Shown here: positions 15,354 to 25,339 of the stretch, piece by piece
How the letters are laid out: every line of letters starts with the position of its first letter
Position numbering within the stretch: the stretch's first letter is position 1
Origin: a virus
Lineage: Duplodnaviria > Caudoviricetes
DNA length: 37,189 bases
Direction: 5' to 3' (one strand)
Virus record (IMG/VR): IMGVR_UViG_3300014168_000009
Coordinates: 1-37,189 of that record
Program-made: the position numbers and the translations under genes
Notes under the pieces: model-generated
Told to the model about the DNA's origin: nothing
Seen by the model: only the letters and a program-made list of their open reading frames with translations
The model's database searches: none

Positions 15354-17042
15354 ATGACAAACTCCTCAGCCTCTCTCATCACCTCCCCGCTCTTCTATGA
15401 GACGGATCAGAATAACAACCCTCTCGCTGGAGGTAAGGTATATTCGTATCAGGCCGGAACCCTGACCCCGCTCACAACCTATACGGATGCGACCCTCACT
15501 GTACCCAACACCAATCCGGTCATCCTGGATGAGTATGGGAAGGCTCAGATATGGCTCGGGCCTTATACGTATAAGCTGAATGTGACGGATGTGAATAATG
15601 TTCAGCATCCTGATTATCCGGTGGATAACTTACAATCCATCCAAACCACTGTCAGTAACACAGCTGCTGCTGCAGCTGCTGCTGTTCTGGCTCAACTCGC
15701 CTCCACCGCCTCAGGGCAGGGGGCTGCGCTGGTGGGGGAAAACCTCGGGATAACGGGAGAGGTATCCACCACCCAGCATGAGATAAACTCAGAGAATATT
15801 TCCGTGTTCCGCTTCCTGACTGCCGCACAGATTGCGGATGTCCAGGCAGGGACAGCAACCTTCGATCTAGCCACGCCTTTGCAGGCCGCTTGCACATACC
15901 TGTCCACCTTTACAACCTTCAAACCACGGCTGGTCTTCCCCTCTGGGCGTTACGCATACTCGGTCTCCCCAAACTGGGCGCTCAGCCATGCTGAAATTGT
16001 GGCTGATGGCGTGGTCTATCTGCGCAACACGGGGTTGGGGAACAGTGTGATCATCGACGGTGGCTCGGTCAGCGGCGGTGTCTACGGTCTTCGGTTCGGA
16101 TGGAAGAACAAGTTCATCGTCGAGGGCGGATCTGGTTCACAGAACGGTGTCTACTGCCGCGCCATCCTCCAGGGTTGCAAGCTCGGCTTCCAGGTCAACG
16201 GCGCAGGCACAACTTACTCCGGGATGGAGGTAGATTTTGGGGTTTGCGCCGAAATTAGCTTTGTCTGCTCAAACAACGTGCAGGGCTATACATGGTACTC
16301 ACAGCCAGCCAACGGGTTGAAATTGACTGAGCGTGGTGCTGGCGAGTTGTGCAGCTACGTCTATTTCCCAGATCCCATCATTGAGGGGACATCATCGGTT
16401 GGGGTATTGCTTGACTGGGCGCAAGGAAATGTGTTTCTTGGGGGAACGATCGAGGGCATTGGCAGCGTAGGGGTGAGCCTGACGGCCAATGCAATCAAAA
16501 ATAAGATCATCGGAACCGACTTTGAATCCAATATCAACCATGACGTCTATTGCCTTGGGCGGGGTAACGAATTCATCGGTCTTAACACCAATACACAGAT
16601 TACTTTTGATGGAACGGCAGTAATCAACAAGGTAATCGGCGGTAGTCATAGTAAGTTCTTGGCTACCACCAACACTGCCTATAACTTGATAAGCGGAGCC
16701 ACTTACAACCAGAATAACGACGGTTCGGCCATCACGGATTCTTCCGGTGGTTTGTTACGTCTGCGGGATAACTACAATCAAGGATTGGGCCGAATAGAGA
16801 ACAGCCCCCCGTCAAATCCATTCTCCATCAGCGTCACCGCTTCACCATTCACCTATACCAATCTTGGCACTAACGAAATGGATGCATCCGTTTCAGGAGG
16901 AACAGTGAGCCTGATCCAGATTGTTCGCAATGGGCAAATAATCACGATGGGAACCACGGCGGGCCTTTTCCGGCTCACCAGCCAGGATGCATTGAAAGTC
17001 ACTTACTCTGCCCTGCCTACAATGACCGGATTCACCCGATAA
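15354..17042 (+). CDS. Tailspike / putative depolymerase (beta-helix)
   Basis: Anchor domain, then ISV.RF...LQAA...LVFPSGRY (pectate-lyase-like start) and N/G-rich repeats. Confidence 0.8.
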   Translation: MTNSSASLITSPLFYETDQNNNPLAGGKVYSYQAGTLTPLTTYTDATLTVPNTNPVILDEYGKAQIWLGPYTYKLNVTDVNNVQHPDYPVDNLQSIQTTVSNTAAAAAAAVLAQLASTASGQGAALVGENLGITGEVSTTQHEINSENISVFRFLTAAQIADVQAGTATFDLATPLQAACTYLSTFTTFKPRLVFPSGRYAYSVSPNWALSHAEIVADGVVYLRNTGLGNSVIIDGGSVSGGVYGLRFGWKNKFIVEGGSGSQNGVYCRAILQGCKLGFQVNGAGTTYSGMEVDFGVCAEISFVCSNNVQGYTWYSQPANGLKLTERGAGELCSYVYFPDPIIEGTSSVGVLLDWAQGNVFLGGTIEGIGSVGVSLTANAIKNKIIGTDFESNINHDVYCLGRGNEFIGLNTNTQITFDGTAVINKVIGGSHSKFLATTNTAYNLISGATYNQNNDGSAITDSSGGLLRLRDNYNQGLGRIENSPPSNPFSISVTASPFTYTNLGTNEMDASVSGGTVSLIQIVRNGQIITMGTTAGLFRLTSQDALKVTYSALPTMTGFTR

Positions 17043-17113
17043 CTTATGCCCAAGCGCGAAACCCCTATGCCCAAGGAACCCCCACCCCGACCCAGCATAC
17101 ATGAGGATAAGTA

Positions 17114-20100
17114 ATGAAATTAAAAGGTTTACTCGGCCCCACTTACGCCCTGAAATCGCTAGCTTATGATTCCCAGCGTTGCATAAACATGTATCCGGAT
17201 GCGGACGAGATGGGCATGGGCAAAGAAGGTGAACCGGAGATGCTCACCACCGTGCCGGGTCTTACCCTAACTCATATGTTGCCCAGGAGTCCCATCAGGG
17301 CTCTATGGCGCACAGCCAATAACTACATCTATTGCATTGCTGGTAATGGTTTATACCTGTTGACTCCAGTCGTAACTGGTTCAAATCTGACATTTACCCA
17401 CACTCTGTTGCAAACCCTCACTACCCAGACGGGCTTCTGTTCCATCTGCGATGGTGTGCCCAATTACTATCAGGGTGTGCTGAATAGCGGTCTGATCAAT
17501 CAGGTTGTCGTAGTGGATGGGAGTCCTACCGGTTACGTATTCCAGGAGGGAACTACCTCAGTCTATCAGATGAACAGCGGAACCGGCTATGTGGGTTCCA
17601 ACTTCATCAACTTCCAGGACGGGGCATTCATCTTCTCCCAACCCAACACCATCACCGGCTATTACGCCTCAGATCCACTTAACATAAATGATTCCAATAC
17701 TATCGAGGTAAACCTCGGTAGTGACAACGTAAGTCGTATCATTTCAGACCATGACCTGATCTGGGTGCTCGGAACCCGCAGCCTAGCCGTCTACCAGAAT
17801 ACAGGCGGAGGAACCACGACCAACCAATATCAGCAGATTCCTGGAGCTACGGCCCCTCATGGCTGTGCGGCACCCTGGACGGTCGCTCAGATCGCTGGAC
17901 AGCTTCTATGGCTCAGCAATGACGACAGGGGCACCGCTGAGGTCGCCATGGCCTTCGGATACAGAGCCATGCGCGTCTCGAACCATGCGGTAGAAACATG
18001 GATGGAGAGTCTGGGTGACTTGAGTCAGACCATAGCTTGGACCTACCAGATGGGTGGGCACAGCTTTTATTGTTTAAATAACCCCAACTCAACCACCACA
18101 TGGTGCTATGATTTGGCTCACAAGATGTGGCATGAGAGGGCTTACTTCTCCAATGGGGTGTATTCTCGTGATCTCGTTCAATTCCACATTAACTGTCAGA
18201 TTAGTGGTTATGGCTCTGCTCACCTGTGTGGAGATTTCCAGAATGGCAATATTTACCTATTGGATGAGAATAATTTTACTTTCAACGGTGTACCAATCCG
18301 TAGAGAGCGCCGAACTCCTCACCAGAGTGGTGGGTTCAAGCGTGTCTTCTACAGCCAATTCCAACTTGACGTTCAGGCCGGTCAGGGGTTGGATGGAACC
18401 GGATACTCCGTTCAGACTGGAGTCGGAAGCCCCGTCAGCCAAACAGCTACGAACGTGCTGATGGGTGGGAATGGCCCTACTTATACGCTACTGGGTACAG
18501 ATGGGACTCCACAGGTTCCAACCGGCTCCGTAACGGTTAATTCGACTGGCCCCACATCTAACTGGTCACAGAGCTATACATCTAATGGGAACGGTACGGT
18601 TACGATCAATTCGGCCCCGCTGGTTAGTCCTCTGCTGACTATCGGCAACGGTAATGGAGTTGAGACTGATTATCAGATTCAAAATATCTATCCGGCCACT
18701 GCCACGGCTAGCATTTACGTTGCAGATTGGCGTGGGAATAATCTCCAGCAGCAAGCTCCGCAGACAAATCAGAATCTATGCCTATCCAGCACCAATTTTG
18801 GACTCGGTTGGACAGCTATGAATTGTTTCCCAGTTGGTGGAAAATGGCTCACTCCAGACTATACTCAGTCCGCTGCGGGTACGTATCTGACTGAAGATAA
18901 TACGTTGAATCCTCATCAGATCAGCGTTCCATATACGGTAGTGGCTGGACATTACACCAATTTCTCGGTCTATGCGACTCAGGGTGCGGCAGCTCCTACC
19001 ACTACCACACTAACCGGAGGAGTCGGAACCTTCAGTACGGAAGGTGTCTTTTTAGATCATTTTTATCAGATGACTCTGAATACGGTCTTCACAAATAATA
19101 CTCTAGCTCTAGGCGATGTGGTAAATTGTCCCGCTCTCTCTACCCCTAATCAGGAAGTGATCGCTTTGATAAGTGGCACGTTGGGAGCCGCAGGATCTAT
19201 CTATCAGCTTTCTCCAGGATGGACAACAGACCAATCCTCACAAACCATTACAGCTTCTAGAACAAATCAACGATACGTACAACTTGCCGTACAGGCTGGA
19301 TCTCCCAATCCCGCGAGTGCTCAGTTTGACTTACAGACCGGTACGGTCGTATCCTCTGGAAATTGTACCGCTACGATAACTCCCATTACTAACTTTAGTG
19401 GAGTCTATCGATGCAGTATCGCAGCTACGTATGCAGAAACTGGTGTGACTCAAGAGATACTGACTGGTTACGCATCTTGTTCTGCATCTGGATCTGAACT
19501 AACCCTAACCACACCCCCACAGAGTGGATCGGTTACGATTGGGGCTATGATGTACGTTTCGGGAACGTCAACCGGAATTACTATCAGTTCTGTGGCCTCT
19601 GGAGCTCTGAATCAACCTGGATCGGTTTATAATCTCTCCGCTCCGGCTCCCTTCAGTGCGGCTAGTGTGGTTCAATTTGGTTCGGCAACTTTGGCTCTGA
19701 CTCCTTCAGCTTATATTTCTATTATTAACCCAGTCTCTACATTCCCTGCGCTTACCCCATATTTCCAAAATTATGTGGGAGATGGAACCAGCTATGTGGG
19801 TATCTGGGGTGCTCAGATTGGGCCTCAAGTAGGGCTCCTACCTCTCGTACAAACCTCCGGCATCATCCTATCAGATCAAGTGACCTATACGGCTTCAGAG
19901 GGGTTATTGGTGTTCGAGCTTCCTCCACTTGCTGAAGTGACGAATACGACGAATACGGTCGTTCAGGCCGCTGCCGTCATTACGGCTCAGATTAGTGCTA
20001 CGGTTCCACAGCTACAGCCTACCGAATATATGGCTAGCTTCTCCTATATGGAAGGAATGCCTACATATACCCAGATCGGCACGGATCCCCAGGTTGGCCT

Positions 20101-20305
20101 ATCCTATTCAAAAGATGGGGGCTATACCTACACGGATGAACGTCTCGTCCCATTAGGTCAGGATGGGAATCGATTCCAGCGATTAATTTGGCGTAAACTT
20201 GGTGAAGATCGTGATCGTGTGTGGCGTATTACCTGCTCTGATCCGGTCAACGTAGCCATTCTTGGTGCTGAAATAATGGCCAAGACTGGAGAAAGTGCTC
20301 AGTGA
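17114..20305 (+). CDS. Tail-hub/packaged-DNA-stabilisation protein (P22 gp10-like) with a large insertion
   Basis: QRCINMYP, TYQ..GH.FY, TWCYD....WHER, DPQV.LS.S.DGG, W..LG..RDRVWRI..SDPV. Confidence 0.87.
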   Translation: MKLKGLLGPTYALKSLAYDSQRCINMYPDADEMGMGKEGEPEMLTTVPGLTLTHMLPRSPIRALWRTANNYIYCIAGNGLYLLTPVVTGSNLTFTHTLLQTLTTQTGFCSICDGVPNYYQGVLNSGLINQVVVVDGSPTGYVFQEGTTSVYQMNSGTGYVGSNFINFQDGAFIFSQPNTITGYYASDPLNINDSNTIEVNLGSDNVSRIISDHDLIWVLGTRSLAVYQNTGGGTTTNQYQQIPGATAPHGCAAPWTVAQIAGQLLWLSNDDRGTAEVAMAFGYRAMRVSNHAVETWMESLGDLSQTIAWTYQMGGHSFYCLNNPNSTTTWCYDLAHKMWHERAYFSNGVYSRDLVQFHINCQISGYGSAHLCGDFQNGNIYLLDENNFTFNGVPIRRERRTPHQSGGFKRVFYSQFQLDVQAGQGLDGTGYSVQTGVGSPVSQTATNVLMGGNGPTYTLLGTDGTPQVPTGSVTVNSTGPTSNWSQSYTSNGNGTVTINSAPLVSPLLTIGNGNGVETDYQIQNIYPATATASIYVADWRGNNLQQQAPQTNQNLCLSSTNFGLGWTAMNCFPVGGKWLTPDYTQSAAGTYLTEDNTLNPHQISVPYTVVAGHYTNFSVYATQGAAAPTTTTLTGGVGTFSTEGVFLDHFYQMTLNTVFTNNTLALGDVVNCPALSTPNQEVIALISGTLGAAGSIYQLSPGWTTDQSSQTITASRTNQRYVQLAVQAGSPNPASAQFDLQTGTVVSSGNCTATITPITNFSGVYRCSIAATYAETGVTQEILTGYASCSASGSELTLTTPPQSGSVTIGAMMYVSGTSTGITISSVASGALNQPGSVYNLSAPAPFSAASVVQFGSATLALTPSAYISIINPVSTFPALTPYFQNYVGDGTSYVGIWGAQIGPQVGLLPLVQTSGIILSDQVTYTASEGLLVFELPPLAEVTNTTNTVVQAAAVITAQISATVPQLQPTEYMASFSYMEGMPTYTQIGTDPQVGLSYSKDGGYTYTDERLVPLGQDGNRFQRLIWRKLGEDRDRVWRITCSDPVNVAILGAEIMAKTGESAQ

Positions 20306-22029
20306 TGGCTACTCCTACCACATCTACTTTGGTTGTCCTTCCGCCACGGAGTGGAATGCCTGCGGTTGACCAGAATGGGGTATTCACACCCGAGTGGATG
20401 AACTTCTTCCATCAACAGGCCAGTCCCAAAATAAACTATATTGGAGCTAACTTCATCGGTCAGATCACTACGAGTCCCTCGACTCAGGGTATCACCGTGG
20501 CTCAGCAATCAGGTACGAATGCCTATCAGGTCAGCATCGGCTTGGCTCAAAATCTTGAATCCATCTCCACCACCCCTAATAGTTCAGGTGCGCTGGTCAA
20601 TAACGGAAGCGGTTCTTATACGTATACTCCGATCCCACAAGGAACCATAACCTCCATCAGTATAGCGACAGCGAATGGGTTTGGTGGAACCGTCGCTACC
20701 CCAACTACCACACCAGTTCTTACCCTTTCTACAACAATTAGCGGGATTCTGAAGGGCTCTAGTGGGGCACTCGTTGCTGCGGTTGCTGGAACAGACTACT
20801 TACAGCCTATCAGCTTTACTCAAGGAAGTGTTCTTTATGCAGGAGCAACAGGGACTTTTGCTCAAGATAATGCTAATCTTTTTTATAATCCCACTGGTTA
20901 TGCCTCAATGCCAACAGTTCAATTCGGTCCCAGAGGAGCAAATCCAATAGATGCGGGATTTGAGTTTTATGTTTCCTCTGGAATGACCGCACATTTCCAT
21001 AATGTAAATACCACACAAAGTTTTACAGGTGGGGTGACGGTTGAGTTGTGTTATTCTCCTGCCGGTGCGGCTGTTCAGACAGGAAACAGAGTGGGCTCTC
21101 TTGAGTTTGCTGGGAGTTATAATACTTCAGATAATGTGGGTTCTTGTGCTGCTATTCGTTCATACTCGCAGGATAATTTTACCTCAACCACATTAGGTGG
21201 TAATTTAGTATTTCAGACCGTTCCGAGTGGAACCTCCACTCTGAAGACTGCTCTGACTCTTGGATCGGATCAATCTGCTGCATTTACTGGTATTCTTACC
21301 GGTATTTCTTTTAACTCCATTACCGGTATTTCTTCTTCAAATCCCTTAGTAGATGGAACAGCTTCTTATGGAAGTGGAACTGTTGTATCTCTGGGCAATC
21401 ATGTTCATCCAACTGATACTACCAGAGCAGCTTCTAATGCTACGCTAACCCTTGGTTCAACTATTTTAACTCTTGGAAATATCGTAACAACTCTAGCAGG
21501 ATTAACTTCTCTATCAATTACTGGGATTTCTACATTAACTGGAGATGTTGAGGTTAATGGTGGAATCCGGCAATATGGCACTGAAATGATTAGAGTTGAA
21601 GGAACTGGTTCTGTTCCTTCTGGTGCGACTGGCCAGGGAATTGAACTTGCTCAATATGGAACGTCCAGTGTAATCCAAAGCTACAATAGATCAACATCTG
21701 CTTATACTCCATTAACTATAGCTGGTTCTACTATTGCCTTAGAACCTTCTGGAATTGCTGTATTAACTGCTAATTCTTCTGGTGTAACTATAACTGGTAA
21801 TATAACAGGAACATTAGCAACCGCAGCACAACCAAATATTACATCACTTGGAACTTTAAGTAAAATAACAACTACAGTATACGCTGTTGCCTCCCTACCG
21901 GCTGGAGTCTTAGGAATGATGGCGATGGTCAATAACGCACTCGCACCTACGTTCGGGGCTACGGTTGTGGCGGGTGGTACGGTTACGATTCCGGTCTACT
22001 ATGATGGCACTTCATGGAAGGTTGGGTAA
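20302..22029 (+). CDS. Tail needle/fibre protein
   Basis: Follows the gp10-like gene; G.FTPEW..FF N-terminus; T/S/G-rich; ends PVYYDGTSWKVG. Confidence 0.7.
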   Translation: MMATPTTSTLVVLPPRSGMPAVDQNGVFTPEWMNFFHQQASPKINYIGANFIGQITTSPSTQGITVAQQSGTNAYQVSIGLAQNLESISTTPNSSGALVNNGSGSYTYTPIPQGTITSISIATANGFGGTVATPTTTPVLTLSTTISGILKGSSGALVAAVAGTDYLQPISFTQGSVLYAGATGTFAQDNANLFYNPTGYASMPTVQFGPRGANPIDAGFEFYVSSGMTAHFHNVNTTQSFTGGVTVELCYSPAGAAVQTGNRVGSLEFAGSYNTSDNVGSCAAIRSYSQDNFTSTTLGGNLVFQTVPSGTSTLKTALTLGSDQSAAFTGILTGISFNSITGISSSNPLVDGTASYGSGTVVSLGNHVHPTDTTRAASNATLTLGSTILTLGNIVTTLAGLTSLSITGISTLTGDVEVNGGIRQYGTEMIRVEGTGSVPSGATGQGIELAQYGTSSVIQSYNRSTSAYTPLTIAGSTIALEPSGIAVLTANSSGVTITGNITGTLATAAQPNITSLGTLSKITTTVYAVASLPAGVLGMMAMVNNALAPTFGATVVAGGTVTIPVYYDGTSWKVG

Positions 22030-22493
22030 TGCTCCAGATTCGTGAACTTATGGATATGACTCTTGTGGATGAGGCGTTCAACAGCCCCAACAATAGACCA
22101 TGGGCCTGTTCGGATCGGAGTGAAGATGGGACTCCCATCCAAATCCCTTATCTGCCGCATAAAATACTATATATCGGTTGCTATGAGGGAGAGGTCTTCT
22201 TGGGTTGTGTGTTGGGAATTAAGAAAAATGACGAGTTATTCTTGCATATTGCCTTCCTCCCCGTGGCATATGGTCGGACTCTTTGGATTGGCAGACAGGT
22301 GCTCGATTGGCTCCGTAGGAATTACCCTCAATTCAAGACTTACGTGGCTATGGTAGCGGGGAATAATAAACGGGCTCAACGATATGTCAGAGAAGCTGGA
22401 TTCCGACTCCGTGCCCTGCATCCAGATGGTTGGCTCAAGGACGGAACGGAACACGGCAAGCATGAATATGTGTACGAGGTGAAAAATGGGTGA
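22029..22493 (+). CDS. GNAT-fold protein (P22 gp14/DUF2824-like)
   Basis: H.AFLP..YG, N.RA......AGF; position before the ejection genes; TAATG start. Confidence 0.72.
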   Translation: MLQIRELMDMTLVDEAFNSPNNRPWACSDRSEDGTPIQIPYLPHKILYIGCYEGEVFLGCVLGIKKNDELFLHIAFLPVAYGRTLWIGRQVLDWLRRNYPQFKTYVAMVAGNNKRAQRYVREAGFRLRALHPDGWLKDGTEHGKHEYVYEVKNG

Positions 22494-23301
22494 TATAATT
22501 CAAGGAATTGGTGAAGCGGGTGGTGCTCTGCCCAATGCGATCATTGGTGGAAAAGCTGCCGTAACGGCTGGTAACGAACAGCAAGCTGGCATTCAGAATG
22601 CCATGAATACGGTTCAGGGTGTTTACCAGCAGAATGCCCCCAATTATCAACCTTTCATTCAGAACGGAACCGCTGCCGCGAATCAGGCCACACAGATGGC
22701 ACAGAATGGTTTCACTCAAACCCAGTTCCAGCAAAGCCCAGCATATGCGTTTAATATGCAACAGGGATTGCAGGCTATCAGCAATGCTCAATCCGTACGT
22801 GGCGGAGCTTTATCCGGTGGGGCTATGAAGGCTATGAATAATTATGGTCAACAGCAGGCATCAAATGAGTTCCAAAATGCCTATGGTAGATATGCGAACA
22901 ATATCAATCAGTTGAACCAGATTGGCAATCAGGGACTCCAGGCAACCAGCGGACTCGCCTCTCTCGGAGCCAATTATGCGGCTCAGATGGGTAACCTTCA
23001 GACCGGTATGGGTAACAGTCAGGCTTCTGAGACTCTCGGTAAGGCTGGAAGTTTCGCCAGTATGTGGGGGCCTTATGGTCAGCAGGCGCAGATAAATCAG
23101 GGTCAGAACCAGACCGCACCGCTGAGTGGATTAGCGAATGGTTTGAGCAGCCTGGGAAATATGTTCAGTTCGCAAGGTACGAATAACCCTAACAGCTATG
23201 AGGGATATGATGCGGGAGCGGCTCAGAACGAACAGGCACAAGTCGCCAATGAGTCAGACTCAGGGTTGAGTGCGATGGCTAATGTCGTAATGGATGCGTA
23301 A
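22486..23301 (+). CDS. DNA ejection protein (gp7-like)
   Basis: PF...G..A, P.Y.F..QQG, GG.LSG...KA...YGQ..AS.EF.NA..R. Confidence 0.8.
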   Translation: MGDIIQGIGEAGGALPNAIIGGKAAVTAGNEQQAGIQNAMNTVQGVYQQNAPNYQPFIQNGTAAANQATQMAQNGFTQTQFQQSPAYAFNMQQGLQAISNAQSVRGGALSGGAMKAMNNYGQQQASNEFQNAYGRYANNINQLNQIGNQGLQATSGLASLGANYAAQMGNLQTGMGNSQASETLGKAGSFASMWGPYGQQAQINQGQNQTAPLSGLANGLSSLGNMFSSQGTNNPNSYEGYDAGAAQNEQAQVANESDSGLSAMANVVMDA

Positions 23302-23311
23302 GGGGAAGAAG

Positions 23312-25339
23312 ATGGATGATGTCAGTATCAGTGGAACCCTACAGGGGATGTATAACGGTCTTGCTCAGCAGCAGGATGCATATGGTCGTGCCCGATTCTA
23401 TAATTCCTTAGCCTCCAATAACCAATATAATCTTCAAGAGCAGCAATTAGAGGCTCAGAAAAATAGGGATTTCGGTAATTTGCTATCGAATAATATGCGG
23501 AGCATCCCAGCCGAGCAGCCTCAGCAGCAGACTACTCAGCCTCAGCCTCAAACCCCTGCGGCCCCTCAGACCACTCAGGCCGGTTTGAGTCAGATGGGAC
23601 AGCCCTATCCGATGGCCACCACGGCTCCAACGGCAGCTTTGGATCGGCAGGCAATGCTTCAGCGTCAGCAACAGATGGCTCAGCCTCAGCCTCAAACCCC
23701 TGCGGCTCCTCAGCCTCAAACCCCTGCGGCTCCTCAGCAGCAAGCGCCTATGGGTCAATCGGATGAGCGCCAGCAGATGATTCAGGCATATCAGCAGGCT
23801 CAGGGAAAGACCCCCACGCTTACCTCTCTGGCCGACCATCCGGCCATACAGGCTTCCCTTGCTACCACTCCTAATACTCACCCTAATACTGTGTTGGCTA
23901 CGGATCCGGATAACCCAACTTTCTCCTCTCAGCATACCTTCGTCTCTACCGATCCTCAGACCGGACAGGTTACGAAAAATACCTTCAACCGACAGGGCTT
24001 GATTGACCAGATGATGAACTATACGGATAAGAATGGCAATCACAGCATGGCAGCGGATGCAAACAAACTGATGGCTCAGTTTACCGCATCGGATGCGGCA
24101 GATGAGAAGATCAAACAAGATGGGATCATGGTGGCGAACGGGAAGGCCCTGCAACTTAGTGCTGGCTTGGAGTATATGTCCCCAGCGGATCAGGCAGCAG
24201 TGTTTGGAAACCTCAAGGACAGAGCCACCCAGATGGGTGCGGACACAACCACATGGCCCTCCGGCCCTTCCGACCCTAATTTCCAGCCTTGGGTTCAGCA
24301 GCAGGGTGAAGAGGCTCGGATGAACGCGAATACGGCCAAGGAAGCCTCCAAGAGGGCTGAGGATGCGTTCAACGAACAGAAGGCACAGGCTGAAGCTGGC
24401 AAGGATACGGCTCAGGGTCTCGAAGCTCAGGCGAAGGCTGGCACGGAACCGAGTATTAGAAACAAGAACAACGCTGATGCATTCAAACTCTATCAGGAAG
24501 GATTGAAGGCCAAGACCGAAGCGGCAAATCTTGGAATTGGTGGTACGAATGGGATTGTCTCCAAATTGGAAGACGTTCCGGCTCAATACCAGCCTATGGT
24601 TCAAGACTTGGCTTCAGGTAAGCTACAGATTAGTGACCTTCCGGCCCGAACGGGTGCGGGACAGATTAGCCGAAATCAGTTCCTTAGTTGGACTTCTCAA
24701 GTCTACCCAGGTTGGGATCCCCGTCTATCAGCCCAGTCGAAGAAAACGATCATGGACTTCAGCCCCAATGGTCAGTCCGGTAAGCAGGTTACGAGCTTCG
24801 GAGCCATCGCTGAACATACTCAGATTCTGCGTCAGGCTTACGATGCGATGAATAACGGCTCGATTCCGGCTCTCAATGCAATGGCTGGAACGATTGGAGC
24901 GGGTGTCGGAGATAGTCCTAAGACTACTTTCAACAATATGGCCTCTGTTTACGCGGGTGAAATTGATAAGACCTTCAGCGGAAACAATCCGACCGAAGGA
25001 GGAGCCCGTACGTGGTCACATAACCTCAACTACAGTATGAGTCCGAAGCAGGCCAAGGGTGCGTTCGATGTGTTGGATACAGCCGTCACGGGTAAACTCC
25101 AGCCTATCGATCAGGCATATTACAATGCATCTGGTAAGCATTTGGCTGATACGAACCTCCTTACTCCAGCGGCCAAGAATCTGGCTAGCCGGTTTGGTGG
25201 AGTCACTCCTGGTTCAGCCACTCCAGCCGGAGTTAGCATTGGAATGAAGGCGTTGAAATCTGATGGTTCTGTTCTACAAGATGGCAAATATAATGGGTTT
25301 ACAGTTCAGAATGGTGTAGTTAACGGATTGGGGCGATAA
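23312..25339 (+). CDS. DNA ejection protein (gp20-like position)
   Basis: Long Q/A/P-rich ORF between ejection genes; start probably 23312. Confidence 0.65.
   Translation: MDDVSISGTLQGMYNGLAQQQDAYGRARFYNSLASNNQYNLQEQQLEAQKNRDFGNLLSNNMRSIPAEQPQQQTTQPQPQTPAAPQTTQAGLSQMGQPYPMATTAPTAALDRQAMLQRQQQMAQPQPQTPAAPQPQTPAAPQQQAPMGQSDERQQMIQAYQQAQGKTPTLTSLADHPAIQASLATTPNTHPNTVLATDPDNPTFSSQHTFVSTDPQTGQVTKNTFNRQGLIDQMMNYTDKNGNHSMAADANKLMAQFTASDAADEKIKQDGIMVANGKALQLSAGLEYMSPADQAAVFGNLKDRATQMGADTTTWPSGPSDPNFQPWVQQQGEEARMNANTAKEASKRAEDAFNEQKAQAEAGKDTAQGLEAQAKAGTEPSIRNKNNADAFKLYQEGLKAKTEAANLGIGGTNGIVSKLEDVPAQYQPMVQDLASGKLQISDLPARTGAGQISRNQFLSWTSQVYPGWDPRLSAQSKKTIMDFSPNGQSGKQVTSFGAIAEHTQILRQAYDAMNNGSIPALNAMAGTIGAGVGDSPKTTFNNMASVYAGEIDKTFSGNNPTEGGARTWSHNLNYSMSPKQAKGAFDVLDTAVTGKLQPIDQAYYNASGKHLADTNLLTPAAKNLASRFGGVTPGSATPAGVSIGMKALKSDGSVLQDGKYNGFTVQNGVVNGLGR
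23540..23737 (+). repeat. In-frame 24-bp repeats encoding PQPQTPAA
   Basis: CCTCAGCCTCAAACCCCTGCGGCY at 23540, 23684 and 23708. Confidence 0.9.

Noticed and set aside
18398-20071. Intein as the explanation for the hub insertion
   Set aside because: No C/S...HN splice junction motifs or LAGLIDADG motif; the composition is that of beta-rich virion domains.
23483-24604. 373-aa antisense ORF
   Set aside because: L/R-rich mirror of the Q/P-rich sense gene.
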